From Geosiphon pyriformis uo1 (Eukaryota; Fungi; Glomeromycota), in contig JAAOMT010000786.1 of assembly GCA_016748015.1 (NCBI GenBank), positions 372,705-436,704 on the forward strand: DNA of 64,000 nt, read 5' to 3'. The notes under the pieces are model-generated. The model worked only from the letters and a program-made list of their open reading frames with translations, ran no database searches and had not been told where the DNA came from. How positions within the stretch are numbered: position 1 is the stretch's first letter; every line of letters begins with the position of its first letter. A program made the translations under genes and the position numbers. Below, in pieces: positions 38,101-52,460 of the stretch.

Positions 38101-41100
38101 AGATTTGTCTTATTTATAACAAACTGTTAACATTTCTGTTTTCTTTTTTCTTTTTATAATGTACTGTATATTTGAATAGTGAAAGTTCTATTTTCTATCT
38201 GGTATGGCAATCATCTTCAAATTTTTGCTTCTGGATTGATGTCAATCCTTTGTAATTGGTATATATGTCGAATTTTTGGCTTAAGTATTTCTTCTATTTT
38301 ATGACTGTCCAATATATAACTAAGTGTTTTAATACTGGTGTTCTATAGTTCTTTTTAGTTGGACTTAAAATTTGGCTGGTGTATATTACTAAGTGTTCTC
38401 TTCTATCTGGTCTTCTCTGAGATAGTATTGCTCTCAATACTTGATCCAATGCATCCATAATAATAATAAATGGCTTGCTATAATTTGAATAGATCAATAC
38501 TGATGCTTGAATAAGCTTTTTTCTTAAAGTATCAAAAGCTTTTTGTTGTTTTTTAGTTTATTCATATTTCACATTCTTGACTTAAAGCTGGTGGAGTGAT
38601 TGAGCTATTTTTGAGAAGTTTTAGATAAAACAGCAGTAATATTTAGCAAATTCCAAAAATACTTATAATTTAGTCAAGTTGGTGAGTACTGGAAAATTTT
38701 TGATTATCTCAATTTTGTCTGGATCTGTTTTGATTCCGTCTTTACTCATGATATGTTCCAAAAATTTCAATTCTGTTTTGCCAAAAAAACACTTGATAGT
38801 ATTTAGTTTTAATCTTGCTCTTTTCAATTTCTCAAACACTTGCTAAAGATAATGCAAATAATTATCAAATGTTTTTGAAAACACATTGGTGTCATCCAAG
38901 TATACAACTACTGATTCCCATAGTAGTTCAGTATAAACAATTTTCATAAATTGTTAAAATATGGCTGGAGTATTGGTTAAGCCAAATAACATGATTTTGA
39001 ATTCGAAATTCCTTTTTCTAGTAGTAAATGTGGTTTTTTTTTTGTTGGTGGAATTCATGGCTATTTGCTAGTAACTACTATCTAGATCCAGTATTGAAAA
39101 CCATTTTTTTCCTCTAAAAGCATCAAATAATTTTTGAATTTATGGAATTAGATTGCTGTTTCTATGAGTAATACTATAAAGTTTTTAGTAATTTACACAA
39201 AAGTGGATTTTTCCATTCTTTTTATGGATTAGTACCATTGATAATAACCATGGACTCATTAATAGTTGGATTAACACATTGTCTAATATCTGGTTAATTT
39301 TCTGTTAAATAATTTTATGACTTATTAGTAGTATTTTGTATGCTCTTTGCTTAATTGACATTGCATCTTTTGTCTTGATCTGGTGCTGGATGATGTCAGT
39401 TCAGCCAAATTTGTTTTTACTGGCAAAGATATTAGTAAAATTGTTAAGTAACATTTAAAGTTGTATTTGTTAGAATGGGTCTAAATTTTCTAAGTTTATT
39501 TGTTTCAATTTTTCTGGTTGGAGTAAATAGCATTCTTCTCATCTGTATATTGTTTGTGATGTAATATCTGCATATTTATTCAGTTGTGAAAAATTTGAAA
39601 TGATGTTTGGTGGTTGGTTTTTTACTTCAGTGCTTAAATATCTAATAATAATTCCTTTTGGTATTTTGATAATGTCTCCAGTTGTGTTGTAAATAAAAAT
39701 TTTTATGTGTTTCGGGCTTTTGGCTGGTATGTAAAGATTGGTAAGTCCAATCTTTTCTGATTCACAAATTGTAATTTCTATTTCAAAAATTTAAGCTTGA
39801 TCTTTTGCTTTTTTTTTATAACTAACATGTACTGATTATATGGTGAAATAGAAATTGATTGACAAGTGGAGATAATTTCTCTTTTGTCAATAACTTTTTT
39901 CTTTGCCATATTAACTAGTATATCTACTCTACCCATGGATTCAAATCCACTGATCTTTCTTGCTGTCATTTCTAATTTCTTTCTTTTTCCCACTAATATT
40001 AATTAAGTTACTTTAACCAAAGGCAAGAATATTGTCTGTGCTATCTTTTTGTTTGGCTTTATGACATAAGCTTTTTCTGAATTATTTTGTAGCATTGTAA
40101 TAATATTTTCTATATATCTTGTATCAATTCTTCTTTCTCTAATATTAATCTTTTTTTTTACTAAACTACTTCTAGATGCTAATTGAACCATTGTTGTTGC
40201 TAGAATTTCCAGTATTACTTTCAGATCAATACAGATACATAAATGTGATTCCAATTTAATAGTGTCTTTTTCTGAATATTTCAGATCAAATTCTGCATCA
40301 ATATCATATGCACATTCTGGCATAATATTTTTATTATTATCACTAAACTATTTGAGTTTCTGATCAATTTTTTCTTTTTAAGAATTGTGTAGATCATGTG
40401 TATTAGTGAGTTGTAAATAAAATCACACTTATTACAATACTAGAAATTACATAGAATCAAACAGTGGTTACATAGTCAAGTGTTTAGCTTTGCCAAATAT
40501 TGTTTTTGCTCTTCTTATGTGGATACCAAGTCCTGATAGTATTCATAAAAGTGTTTTAGATTATTCTTGACATTATTAAAAACGTCAAAAGTAAAAATGT
40601 ATTCTGGTTTGGGTAGTAAGAGTAAATTGTTCTTAATTTTTAGCAATTTGCTGGACAAAGCACCTTCAATCTTGGCACTTGCTATTTTCCATATCTTGTG
40701 TTTATTGTGTGGGTATCTTTCTAAGCATTATAGTGCTCATTTCTAGGCATTGTTAATTGAAGTCCCTTTTTGTATCTAATTGTTGATTAAAATTGTGTAC
40801 TAACACATTTTGTCACACATTTTTTCTTATCCAGGAATGTTATTTCACATTTTTTTGTCAAGAAGAATCATTCTGCATGTGAGACAAGGTTTGTTGTCCA
40901 TTTTTTTTGTTTTTTTGGTCTTCCAAATTGCTTAAAAACACATAGGTGACAGTAATATTTGGTTGTTGTTGGCCATTCTTTGTCATTGCCATAGTATGTG
41001 CCCATTGACAACAATTTTTTATCACAATTGACACAAATTATCTTGGGTTAACAATAGTTTGGCTGTAGTTGAGTGGTAGTAGTGTATAGGGTATAGATAA

Positions 41101-44100
41101 AGGTTGTTGCTTGGTGTTTTTCTTCCTCTTTCTCTTTTTTTTTCTTTTATGTAGACACTGATGGCAAGTTATTATGGTTTTCATTAGCCCACAAGATTTG
41201 GTAGGTCTCTCAAATAGGTCTTTTTTCCTTTTTTTCCAGTTTGATTAGTGGAGTTTGAGTGGTGTTGGTTGGTTTGAAATGATCATATGTGGCTGGTATT
41301 TGAGTGTGCTGACTGTTTTGGCTAAGTTGTAATTTTTAAGTAGTCTAGTCAAACACAGTGTTTGTCTTGAACAACCAATTATTACTAACCAGAGCTTAAT
41401 ATTAAGTGGCTTCTATAATAAGAATCTTGATTGGTATACTGATACTATTAAAAAGTCATCAATTTCGCCAATGGGAGTCTTGGTAGTTCTATTAGCAGTA
41501 ATAATTCTGGCACTAATAGTGTGATTAATTCAGCAACCTAATTGGTTCATGAGTTGTTTAGTAATGATGCTATCTGCTGAACTACTGTCTAAAATTAGTT
41601 TAATGGACTAACCATTAACCTTGACATTAGTGTACATCACAGTAATAAGTTTTGTGTTCAAAGCAGCTCCACTAAATAATAGAGTTATTGCCAGTTCCTT
41701 AATTTCAAAAAAAAAGATCACAGCTAGTAATTTGTCATTTGTAATAGTTGCTGGAAGTATATTGTTGGTGAGTGGCTTTTGGTTGGTTTCCTGATAATTG
41801 GATTGGGTGTTTTTTAAGGTAACCAAAAGACTTAAATAATATTGGGCATAGCTAGTTTCTGAATTTTGCTGTCGTGATCCAGATTGTTGGACTGCTAAAC
41901 TAGGGATCAGTTGGTGCATTACTATTATTAATTGCTAATTTTGATAGATCTGAATAGTTTTTGGTCTTTGGTTTTTGTTTTGAGATAAGTTTAATAATGG
42001 TATTAAAATTGGTTGGAGTTGATAAATTAGTTAGGTTTGGGATAATTGATAAATTACTGGAGCTGTAAGTTGATAAATTGGTGTTTGATAAATTGGCTAC
42101 ATCATCTGAAAATAATAAGACTGATATTAATATTGTTTATTTGATAGATTATTGGTGTAGTTTGGATTTAAAATCTGTGATCAGAGTTTTAATATTGAGT
42201 TCTCAATTATTGGTTATTTAACCTTAACCAACAATCCATTTTTAGATGTCTTTGTTTACCACAGTAGTAACAGATACATGTTTGCTGCCACAATTGATCT
42301 GTGGATAATGATAGATGCAACTGATTTTGGAAACAATTTAAGTTTTTTTGATTATTGTGTCATTGAAGAAGTTAATAAATTGCTTAATTGTTAGCTAAGT
42401 ATCCTTTGATTTTCTGATTAATTGAGTTATTGAATTGTTTCAATTTGAAATCCAATTCAGATAATTTATTTATTACTAGATTAACTGCTTGAACATGGTT
42501 TGCTTTAAGTTTAGCTAATTTGAAATCTCTGACATGAATAACTGCTGCTTAAAAATTGGCTGGATATAATAGACATATATATTAAAAGATTCTACTGCAT
42601 GAGTTATAAATAAACTAGTTTAAGATTTGTGGTTCTGTGAAATAATTGGCATTAATTGCTTGGATCTAGCACAGATTTTAATAAAAGCATCTCAAGTAAG
42701 TAGTGACTGCTTCAGCATCTTCTTTTTTGATCATAATAAAAGTATTTGCCAAACAGTTAATACTGTTGTTATTACTGAAATATCTGAGAAACTCAAGTTT
42801 GAACTTGTTAAAATCTTGGGATTTATTTGCCAAGCTTTGATATTACAAATCAGTAGTATTCTGAAGAAAGTAAAAGATGGCTTGTAGTGCTCTAACATTG
42901 TTCTATCTATTGGCTACAATGGCTTTTTCCATATTATTTAGCCATACTTGTGTATCATTTTTCTTGCCAGTAAATTTCTCGATTTTGACAATTGGAATAT
43001 ATGCCATTGGTACAATTGGTTGTTGAGACTGTTGAAGTTGTTAATGTGGTTGTGGTAACAGCTATTGGGATGGTATAACAACTGGTAATAGATCTATTAT
43101 AATTACTAAAAATAAGTTCTGCTGATTAATACTTGTAGAGTTTTGATTGTTCTGATTTGGCTGAGCTTAAATATTCAGAGTTTGTATTTCTGGGTTTTCT
43201 AAGATCAGGTTTTGATAATTAAATTTCTGATTTTTGGCCTCTTTTTCTTCTGATTCCATGATTTTCCAAGGACTAGCAGTTCTGAAATCTGGTTGAGATG
43301 GCAGTAATCTAAATTCTGATGGCATTGGTGATCTTGAATTAAATCCTTCAAAATAATTACTGTAAGTTCCCAGTAATTTTGCTTTTTTTTGTTTACTTTG
43401 AAACAGAAATTAGAGCAATGCTGTTTTTGTATTTAATATGGATGTGTCTGTTGATGAAATGTTGATGACATTTCTGGGTATATAGTAATAAGATAGATTA
43501 ATTGGTAATTCAACTCTTGTTTTCTTCCAAGTAGGTAGTTGTATTTTCTGAAGTGTTACTGCTGGTGTTTGTAGTTTTCTCTTGTCCTTGTTTGCATAGG
43601 TAATTGGATATCTTTGTTGAGTGTAATTTTTAATTTTTTGGTTGATTTCAGTGATGATTGATACAAAATTATAAGTTACTGATAAGCTGGTGTTTTGAAT
43701 TAATTTATTGTAAAAATTTTTTCTTGCTGATTTGGTATTTATTGATGCTCTTAAAAAGTAAGAAATTCTTTCATTAACATAAAAATTAAAGACTGATTCT
43801 GCTAATAGGTGATTGCTGGTTAATTATAGATGTTAACAATAATGTTGAAATAAGAATTTGGCAAATTCTAAATGGTTTGTCTCTATCTTTTCTGATTTTG
43901 TTACTTTTAGATAGTTGTTATTAGTGCTAGTTCTTTGTAGGATTATATCTTACAGAGAGCACTAAATATTACAGATGATTATTTGGGGTCTCAAAGCAAA
44001 TAACAAATCTGTAACTTGGTGCTTAATAGCTAATATAATGGTGATATCTGAAGATTTTGGGTTTAAGTCTTTTGTATAATAAACAGAGATTCAAAAGTTG

Positions 44101-44781
44101 TTTCAATAGTCTTCTGGAATTGCAATTTGTCGAATTTTTTTCTCAGTATAATGGCCAGTAATCTTCTGGTAAGCTATCATCAATTTTATGAGTTTTTACT
44201 TTTGTTTTCAGATCTTTTACCAGTCCTTTAACATCAACAATTCAGTGTTTAATCCTTACTTAATTTAGTAAACAACAAACAAAAAATACAAAAGAAAAAT
44301 AAAAGAAAACAAAGAAATTAAGCCAAGGCAAGTTAGTATTTCATCAATAGTTGTAATCAAGAACTATTGTTTTAGTGTAATCAAGTATGGGTTACTATTA
44401 ACATAAAGTATTAATAGTAAATAATTGAATTAATATAATCAATAAGTATATTTATTGATAGTGTAAATATATGAATGCTAAATAGGAAGTAGAATTTAGA
44501 TTTCTGTCTTTTCTGCTTTTAATGTTATCACTATATATACATAATTGAAATTTCTCAATTTCTTAATTTTTTACACCAAAAATTCTGAAATTCTTGGAAT
44601 CTTACAATTTCTTAAGAAGAATTCTGGAATTCTGGAATCCTGTAATTCTTTATACAAGAATCCTGTAATTCTGAAATTCTGCAATTTCTTTGAAAAAAAT
44701 TCTGAAATTTTCTATTTACTATGTTTATTTTTGATTGGCTAATTTATATGTTAATATAATTTTTATATTTTATGAGTAATA
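35160..44781 (-). mobile_element. Full-length degenerate Ty3/Gypsy element, family A (gag, PR, ZnF, dUTPase, RT, RH, IN, ORF3)
   Basis: LTRs 35160-36001 and 43967-44781; TSD TTAT; PBS T(A/G)GTGCTCTC at ~43955-43964; PPT at 36002-36016; CYYCGKQRHLKMDC (~42260), LILDSSS (~41590), VYLDD (~38900), DALD (~38455), CNAC (~37745). Confidence 0.92.
39928..40323 (-). pseudogene. dUTPase domain inside Gypsy pol, between PR/ZnF and RT
   Basis: Decayed motifs I-V: AEFDL (AGFDL), ASRSSL, IDTRYIENI (IDxGYxG), KIAQ, RKISGFESMG (RGxxGFGSTG). Confidence 0.88.
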
Positions 44782-45709
44782 TTATTAAAGATTTAAAATT
44801 CAAAATAATGGAATTTAATAACTCAAATAGTCCAAATATTAATATATTTAGTAAATGTAGTTTTTAGAGTAAAATATGAGACTATTTTGATAAGTTTAAG
44901 TAGATGAAAGAAAAAAAAAACTAAATATACAGTTTCAAAATATATATAAACTATTTTTTTGTAAGACAACAAACACTATTAAATTCTTATGACATTATTT
45001 AAAGGCTTCTTATCAAACAGTATATGTTACAATAAAAGAATATCATAAAAAAAAGCAAAATATTCAGTGTCTTTGATTATAAATGCAAGAACTATTAAAA
45101 AAAATTAAATAATAATATAGTATAATATAATGTTTTTAATAGTCAAATGTGAATATGTTTATAAACTTTAAACTAAACTTGAATTAAACTTGTTATATAT
45201 GTTTGAATTTAGTTTAAGTTTAATAATTTTAAGTTTGGTTCAAGTTTAAGTTCAAAATTTTACCAAATTTTTTGTTTGAATTTGGTTCAATATTACAGAT
45301 AATTATTTGGAATGTTGAAACAAATAACAAATTTGTAATTTAGTGCTTAATAGCTGAAAATATTGGTAATTTCTAAAGGTTTTGGAGTCTAAAGATTTTG
45401 GTTGAGTCTTTTGTATAATAAACAGAGATTTAATTAATGGTTTTTTCTGTGATTTTTTTTTTCAGCATAGTGATCAGTTTATTTTGACAGTTATGCTCTT
45501 TTGGTAAATTATTTTTAAATTTCTACTCTTGTTTTCAAGTTTTTTATTAGGCTATCCTTAACATTAAATATTTAGTACTTGATTTTTTTAATCAATTAAT
45601 AAACAACAAAGAAACAAAATAAAAAAATAAAAATAAAAATAAAAAAATAAAAATAAAAAAATAAAATAAAAATAAGTATTCTGTTAATAATTATAATTAA
45701 GTACTATTA

Positions 45710-48700
45710 CAGTCAGAAAAATTTCCCAATTTGTCAATAGAAATTGTTTTTTTTATGGTAGTAAAAAAAATTAGAAAAGTTTCTGGAAACAATTATAGAA
45801 CATTAAACAAATTTTCTGAAATAATACAATATTTAATTACTTTTTTTCTTTATAAGTTATCATTACTATCATAAGACAATAATAGAACTATTATATTTGA
45901 CTTGTTGTTTATAGGTATTATGAGAGTTTTAATAATAATTAACATATGATATAGTACTGTTGCTCTTGGTGCTTTAAAAACTAGTGGTGCTTCAAAGGCT
46001 AATAGTGTTTTGAAGGCTGTTGCTGTGAGTATCAATAAAGTTACTTTGGATCAAACTTTGGCTAATAAAATTACTTTTTTTCTATATTGGGAAAAAGAAT
46101 TAACAGACCTACAAGTGAGAATAATAGCACAATGAAATCTTCCAGAAACAAATTTGTTAATAAGACATTGTTTAAGCAAATCAACTGAGAACAAAATTTG
46201 AATTTACCTTTTTTTAGCAAGAGAAATATGACTAATAATAAAACTCAGAGCATGAGGATTTTGATATATACCCAATAAATACGTTTTTACACCAACTTTG
46301 GCATCTTTAATTAAAAAAAAGCTCCATACTAGCAATTATATTCATTATTTGACCAATATTTAGTATTAGCAAGCAAAAGTTTGACTGATAGTTTTAAAGA
46401 TATATTAAAAATTAACTTTTTTGGGACAAATAAATCCATGTTAAATGCTTTTTATAATTCAAACATAATTACGCAAAATAGAGATTCAGATCTAGATTTA
46501 ACATATTATGTTTTAAAAATGAATATATATAATACAATAACAACATTGGCACTAAGTCCAATCTTGATGGGCAATAAGATTTTTTTATGTAATTCGAATT
46601 CTTTAGCTTGTAAAAAATGTTGCAAATGGAAGTTAATAAGAAGGAGTAACAAAGAGCCATGTATTGAAAATTATCACTATCAAACAATTGGCAATAGTAG
46701 TTACCAAATCTCTATAGAATTTATCCAGTGGTTTTCTTTTTAGCAGCTAGTAGATACCTTAACCATGTGTTCAAATAATAAAACTAAATAAAGTTTAAGA
46801 TTTCACAAAACATGTATTAACAAGAAGACCTGATTCATAATCTTTATATTGTAGCTTTGAGCCAAGCATTATATTGAACAATATAAGTGTTAGTGCCACA
46901 ATAATCATAATTTATATTTCATGCAACTCCCAGACTGTATATATCAAAATCATCATTCACCATAGAAACAATCACATCATAAACATTGGATTTAAAGTTA
47001 ACACCTTCAAAAATACAAGTATTGTGTATTAATTAGTCACAGTTCTAATTATAAATGATAATATATCCAATTCAATATAAACAAAACTGTACATAATACA
47101 ATATATTTTTAACTTCTTAAAAGATATTTATTAGGCTATTATATAATTAACTTGATAAGCTTTAAAAACATGATTACTTAAAAAAGGTATTAAAGAGTTA
47201 ATAATAGATAATAGTTGTAATTTTATTAACAGATTTATATTTTTTAATGATCTGTTTTTTTACTTGTTACTGGAATTGGTTTCCAAGTACTTAATGATGT
47301 TTTTTTAATTTGTTTTGCTTTAAAAAAGTCTATTCTTTTCATTTGTGCAATTTTACTAAAATTTTTCATTTCTTTACTTAATATCTATTTATGACCAATA
47401 TTATAAAAAACATGATTAGAGATATTTGGATTTACAAACTGTGTTTTTTTTATCTGAACTTAAAATTGATTTGATTTAGCAATAAAACTAAGACGTGTAT
47501 AAAACTTGTATATTTTACTTTTAAAATATCTGATAATATTAAAGAGATTAATACACAATCTTTCAAATTTGATACAGTTACATGCTGCAATTTTCCAATG
47601 CCATTGTAAAAGTGTAGAAAAAATCAATAATTTGAGCATTTTGTTAATTTCTTTAAATATTGCATCATGGCCTTAATGTTGATTTAAAAGTTTAAATTAA
47701 GAAATTACAATTCTTTCTTGAATTAGCTTGCAAATTTCAGGCTTTAATTATAGTTATTGTTCTTTATCAACAATTTCAATTAATTGGTAAATAGGATGGC
47801 ACCAAACAAACCAAATTGATGCAAACATTTGTTTAGCCATGAATTTTAATGAAGACCTATTGAAACAAACTTCAGTGCAAAAGTTAATAATTGCTTGTAA
47901 ATAAAAAAAGACTTGTTTATACTTTAACCTAAATGTAGAATTTGTTTCATTTTGGGCCCATTCTAAGTAACTTTCAACAGATAGATTTTTCTTAGAAACA
48001 ACATATGGCCACATTAATTTGGAAGCTATTGCATGCTTATATATATTACATATCAAATCTCACAACTTATAATAATCAGGACATTTTTTAAAAAACTGCA
48101 ATTGACTTTTACTCTAATATTTCTGACATCATGCAAAGTATTTTATATTGATATTCCAATTCAGTTCAACAAATGCTTTTAACATATTCATCTTTTCATA
48201 AAGAGCACCCAAAACCAATATAAGCCAAAAAAAGTTTTTTTTGATTATTTGTGCATAATGATTAGATACTCTATTACATATTACTAGAACTTATCTGTGA
48301 CTACTATTTTTAATGCTGAATAGTTCTTTAATATGCTCAAAAACCTTTCAAATATTGGCAATTGAGTTTGAATTTATGGCTATTGGATTAGAAACATATA
48401 ATTACAACATATAAATCTCAATTTCTAGATACAATTGTGTATTTTCAAATGTGTGAGAATAAAAAATGGGTTTTTCGGCAATGTTAGCTGATTCATTCAA
48501 TTGATTTATCTCAGTAATTATTAGTAATTTGTTATGACATGCAGAACAAACTTGCTTTTTATTATCAATATTAGACAATTGACAAGCTGAATATTTTTTT
48601 AGAAAACCAATTTGGCTTTGATATTGTACTAATTCATTAATTATATTTGTTTTTTGACTTTTCTCCATATAAAGCTCTTCTAAAATAATAATAAAATAAT

Positions 48701-51083
48701 TAGTAAGTTCTTTATGAATTTCATTTATCATATCTGAAGTTAAAGAAAATAATTTTTTATATTACTTTTCAAAAAGTTCAGAATACAATTAAGGATCTAT
48801 ATTTTGAATATTATTAATTTAATCATAATTAAAAGCAACAAAACTTGTAACAATATTGAATATGGCTGTATTAAATTCATGATCTAAGTAATTTTTTTTA
48901 TCTTTTTGTTCATTATTAAAGACTAAAAATAAAAATCCTTTGGAAAGCTTTGACTGTTTTATAGCCAAACTTTCTAACTAGTATTACCGGAGGTTTTTGG
49001 TATCTTTTCTTAAATGTTGGTAATGTTGATTTGCTGTGAATTCACGTTTTCAGAAAGTAGTTGAACCTCCAATAACTGAATTTATCTTCAAATTATCTCC
49101 TATAATTTGAACTGCTGGGCTTATAAGTGGAATGGCCAATTCCTTGCCAGTTACTTTATGTAGTTACGTTGTAGTAAACGTCAACTCTTTCCCAAGAATT
49201 GCTCATCTGGAAGCTCACTAAAAATGTGTAGTTACTTTGCTGTAAAAGTCAACTCTTTTACAGGAATTTTGTCTGTAGGCTACCCTAGTGATTATAGTAA
49301 GAAAAATAAAAGAAAATAAAAGAAATGTAAAAGAAATAGAATTTTTGTCAAGAGAAATGTTTTCTATCCAGGCCTGGAGTCACTAACAGTTTACTGAAAT
49401 TGGTAGCTAATCAATTTCGAAATGTTAGTTGGTTTTTGGGGATTTTTCAAGGGCAATAATTAAAGAATTTGGTTTTTTCAAATTATTTGGTATTTATTTC
49501 TTTTTGTGTATGTAGAATTGGTTCTAAGTAATAAATCTAAAGTAAGATACATTTTCCAGAAGAGAAAAGCTCTTCTTTTATACAACTTGTTGTAGTACTA
49601 GTTTATAAACTTGCACTTTTTTTCTCTTTGCCCAAATTCCGGCAAACTAAAGATACATTTTGATGAACTACAAGTTATTTCGCTAAACTATTGATTAATT
49701 TGGGTGAACTATTCATAATTTCGGCGAATTTCTGTAAATTTCGGCAAATTTTTGAATGTTACAAAGTTCAGGGTATTGTGTAATTTGATCATCTTACTTT
49801 CTGTTATACTAATTAGATTATTTTAATTGAATCGTAATATGTGATAATTGATTAAATAATAAATGATAATTTGAAATGATATTAATATACTAATGAATTA
49901 TAGGAATTATAAGGGTAATTTTATGCTAATTAATAGCTAAAATTCTACTGGTAACACTAGTTAGTAGACTTTTTATAACAACTGGAACTTATAATATAAT
50001 TATTAATATCAATGACTATTTTCAATCTTGCTATTGAATATTTGATTGCTAAAGTGGCTAAATTAATAGCAAAAACATATTTTAAGTGTCTTGATTCATA
50101 TATAGCATCAACTACTATAGCACACTTAAAAAGCTTTTTCCTTTCATTTTAATATTTATCTTTATTATAAGTAAGAGTTTCAATAAATCTTACAATGATT
50201 GGATTTTGTTTTGCAAGCCATGTTAAAAAACAATACTTTAAAAGACTAACTAGACTAAAACATTCATGATTTTTTTTCAAATTTATTATATCATTATACA
50301 AATTACTTTGTTCTCTTTTGATAATTTCTGTTATAGATTTAATATGACCTTATTGATTATTAAATGCTTTACCTAATTGCTTCTTTAATGTTGCATTCTT
50401 AAATAATAATTGCTGATTAATATCTTTTAACTCTTGGATCTGGCAAAAATACTTGGACTCCAAAATCAGAAAAAGTTTTTTCTAATTCTAACAACTTGTT
50501 ATTATTAGAAAGTTTTGGTCTTTTTTTTTCTGTTTTTCTAAATCTAAAAAAGTTGAATCATTTGATTTAGTAATTCGTTTAATAAAAAACTTTTTAACAA
50601 CAATCTAATTATAATGTCTTTCATATAAAGAGTAATTGTTTAGAGAGTTAAATAATATAGTTAATCTAGGAAAATACTTAGTTATTTCTGTTATTTTTTT
50701 TGTTGCAACACTAGCTAATACATGTTACTATTTTTGACTTTTTTTGGTCTCACATTTTACTAATTAACTTTTGTCATATTTACTGATAAGAGATTTAAAT
50801 AAACAGGATAAGTTTTTGGCATTTATTATAAAGCAAGACATAATTTTAAATCCAATTTAATAAAAAACTATTATATAAAGTTGTGTAAATCTTTATGAAT
50901 TCTAAAACTTTGTGTTTATAAAAGTATGTTTCTATTGTTAGTTTCGATTTTTATTTGAAGTATTTGATCAATAAAGTATTATCAAATTCTCTATGCTAAT
51001 AATACTAAATATCAATTAGATTACAAGAATTTTTTATAGATTATTCTAGAATTGATCTATGAAATTTAAAATCTTCCTGACTG
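45710..51083 (-). mobile_element. TIR DNA transposon with degenerate transposase-like ORF (minus, ~47200-50841) and a convergent second pseudo-ORF
   Basis: TIRs CAGTCAGAAAAATTT / AAATCTTCCTGACTG; TATTA on both flanks; motifs VLVICNRV...LVLGALYEKMNML, HPIYQLIE, H*GHDAIFKEINK, and a CxxC-type cluster. Confidence 0.75.
48982..49956 (-). mobile_element. Solo LTR, Gypsy family B
   Basis: Colinear with 26267-27257; T(A)TTACC...GGTAACA termini; perfect TSD CTAG. Confidence 0.93.
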
Positions 51084-52460
51084 TATTAGTTTAATGTGAT
51101 TAAGTATTGGATTTTATCAACATAGAGTATTAATAAAATGGAATAGATTAATATTTCTTTAATTAAGTAATAATAATATAAATTGGATAATAATAAATAA
51201 TTTTATTAATATGGAAATAATTTTATTTTAAGTTATAGAAAACTATTTTTAAAGAAAAGAATATTGTTGTTTTGAACTAAATTAAATTTTATCTATTCTA
51301 TTGAATTTTTCTAAAATTATTTTTTTTGTTTTTAATATTCTTACTATATATATATAATTTATATTATATGAAATTCTTTGAAATTCTACAATTTCTTGAA
51401 AGGAATTCTGGAATTTTTTTTTACTATGCTTATTTTTGATTGGTTATTTTATTTATTATTATAATTTTTACTTTCTATGAACAATATTAGTTTAATGATT
51501 TAATTAAACTTAAATTAAACATTAAAACCCTACTGTTATTAATAAAAAAAAGCTTTTAAGATAAGTATTATGATTAATAGTGATAAAAAATTGGAAAAAA
51601 TTTTATGTTATCCATTAAGAATCAAAAAAAAGTATTATAAATCCAAAGTTGTCAAAGATAATTTTATTAGAAAAACAATAAATAAATATATAAAAAATTT
51701 TTGTTTTGATAAAAAATGAATAATTAAAAGTATTTTAAAATAGTTATTTTAGAAAGTAGTACTTAATTATTTGGAGGTAAATAATAATTTGGTTTTAAAG
51801 TTTTATAAAATTAAGTCTATAATTAATAATTATAGAAAAATAAATAAGAAAGCATATAATACTTAGTATTTGGTTTGATTAATAATCCAACCAATATGTT
51901 CTCTTAAACTATGTTGATAATAATGCTTTTTTAGAAATTATGTGAATATTAAGTTTAATAAGTTTTTGCAGATGATCAAAAATCTGTCTAATAAAAAAGT
52001 CACTAGTCTTTTTGGTATTTTTAATAAGCTTTGAAAACACAATAATAGCAGATTCTGAAAAATTTGTTGGACATTTTTAATATATGTTTAGTGTTAAGTA
52101 TAGTTTTCATACAGTAGAAAAAAACCTGAGTTTTTATAATACTAAAACCATATGATTAAAAAAAAACTCTTAATAATATTAAGTCAATAGTTTTAATTAA
52201 AACAATTCATAAAATTCTGTTTAAAATTCTTTCAAATAGAATTTTTTTGGTCTGTAGTAAATTTAATATCTTGTATAGTAATAATTTATAGGTTTTAAAA
52301 AGCATATCTATTTAAACTCCAATTTTTGCTATTAGTTTTGTAATTAAAAATCTATTAGAAAAGAACAAAAAGCTATGATTGGTCTTTTAAAATATGCATA
52401 AAATGTACAATTTTGTTAAATAATATTATTTATAAAACAATATAACTAGGATTAAGATGT

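Larger units (their letters stand above)
45291..51486 (-). mobile_element. Solo LTR, family A, interrupted by a DNA transposon
   Basis: The LTR halves 45291-45709 and 51084-51486 rejoin colinearly with other A LTRs; flanks TCAA/TTAG (inferred ancestral TCAG). Confidence 0.75.
34882..51532. mobile_element. Non-autonomous hAT-type element (~0.8 kb of its own sequence) carrying nested insertions
   Basis: Perfect 8-bp TSD CTGTTATT (34874-34881 and 51533-51540); TIRs TAGAATTCCAAT / ATTAAAACCCTA (ancestral TAGGGTTCCAAT inferred); decayed short subterminal repeats. Confidence 0.85.
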
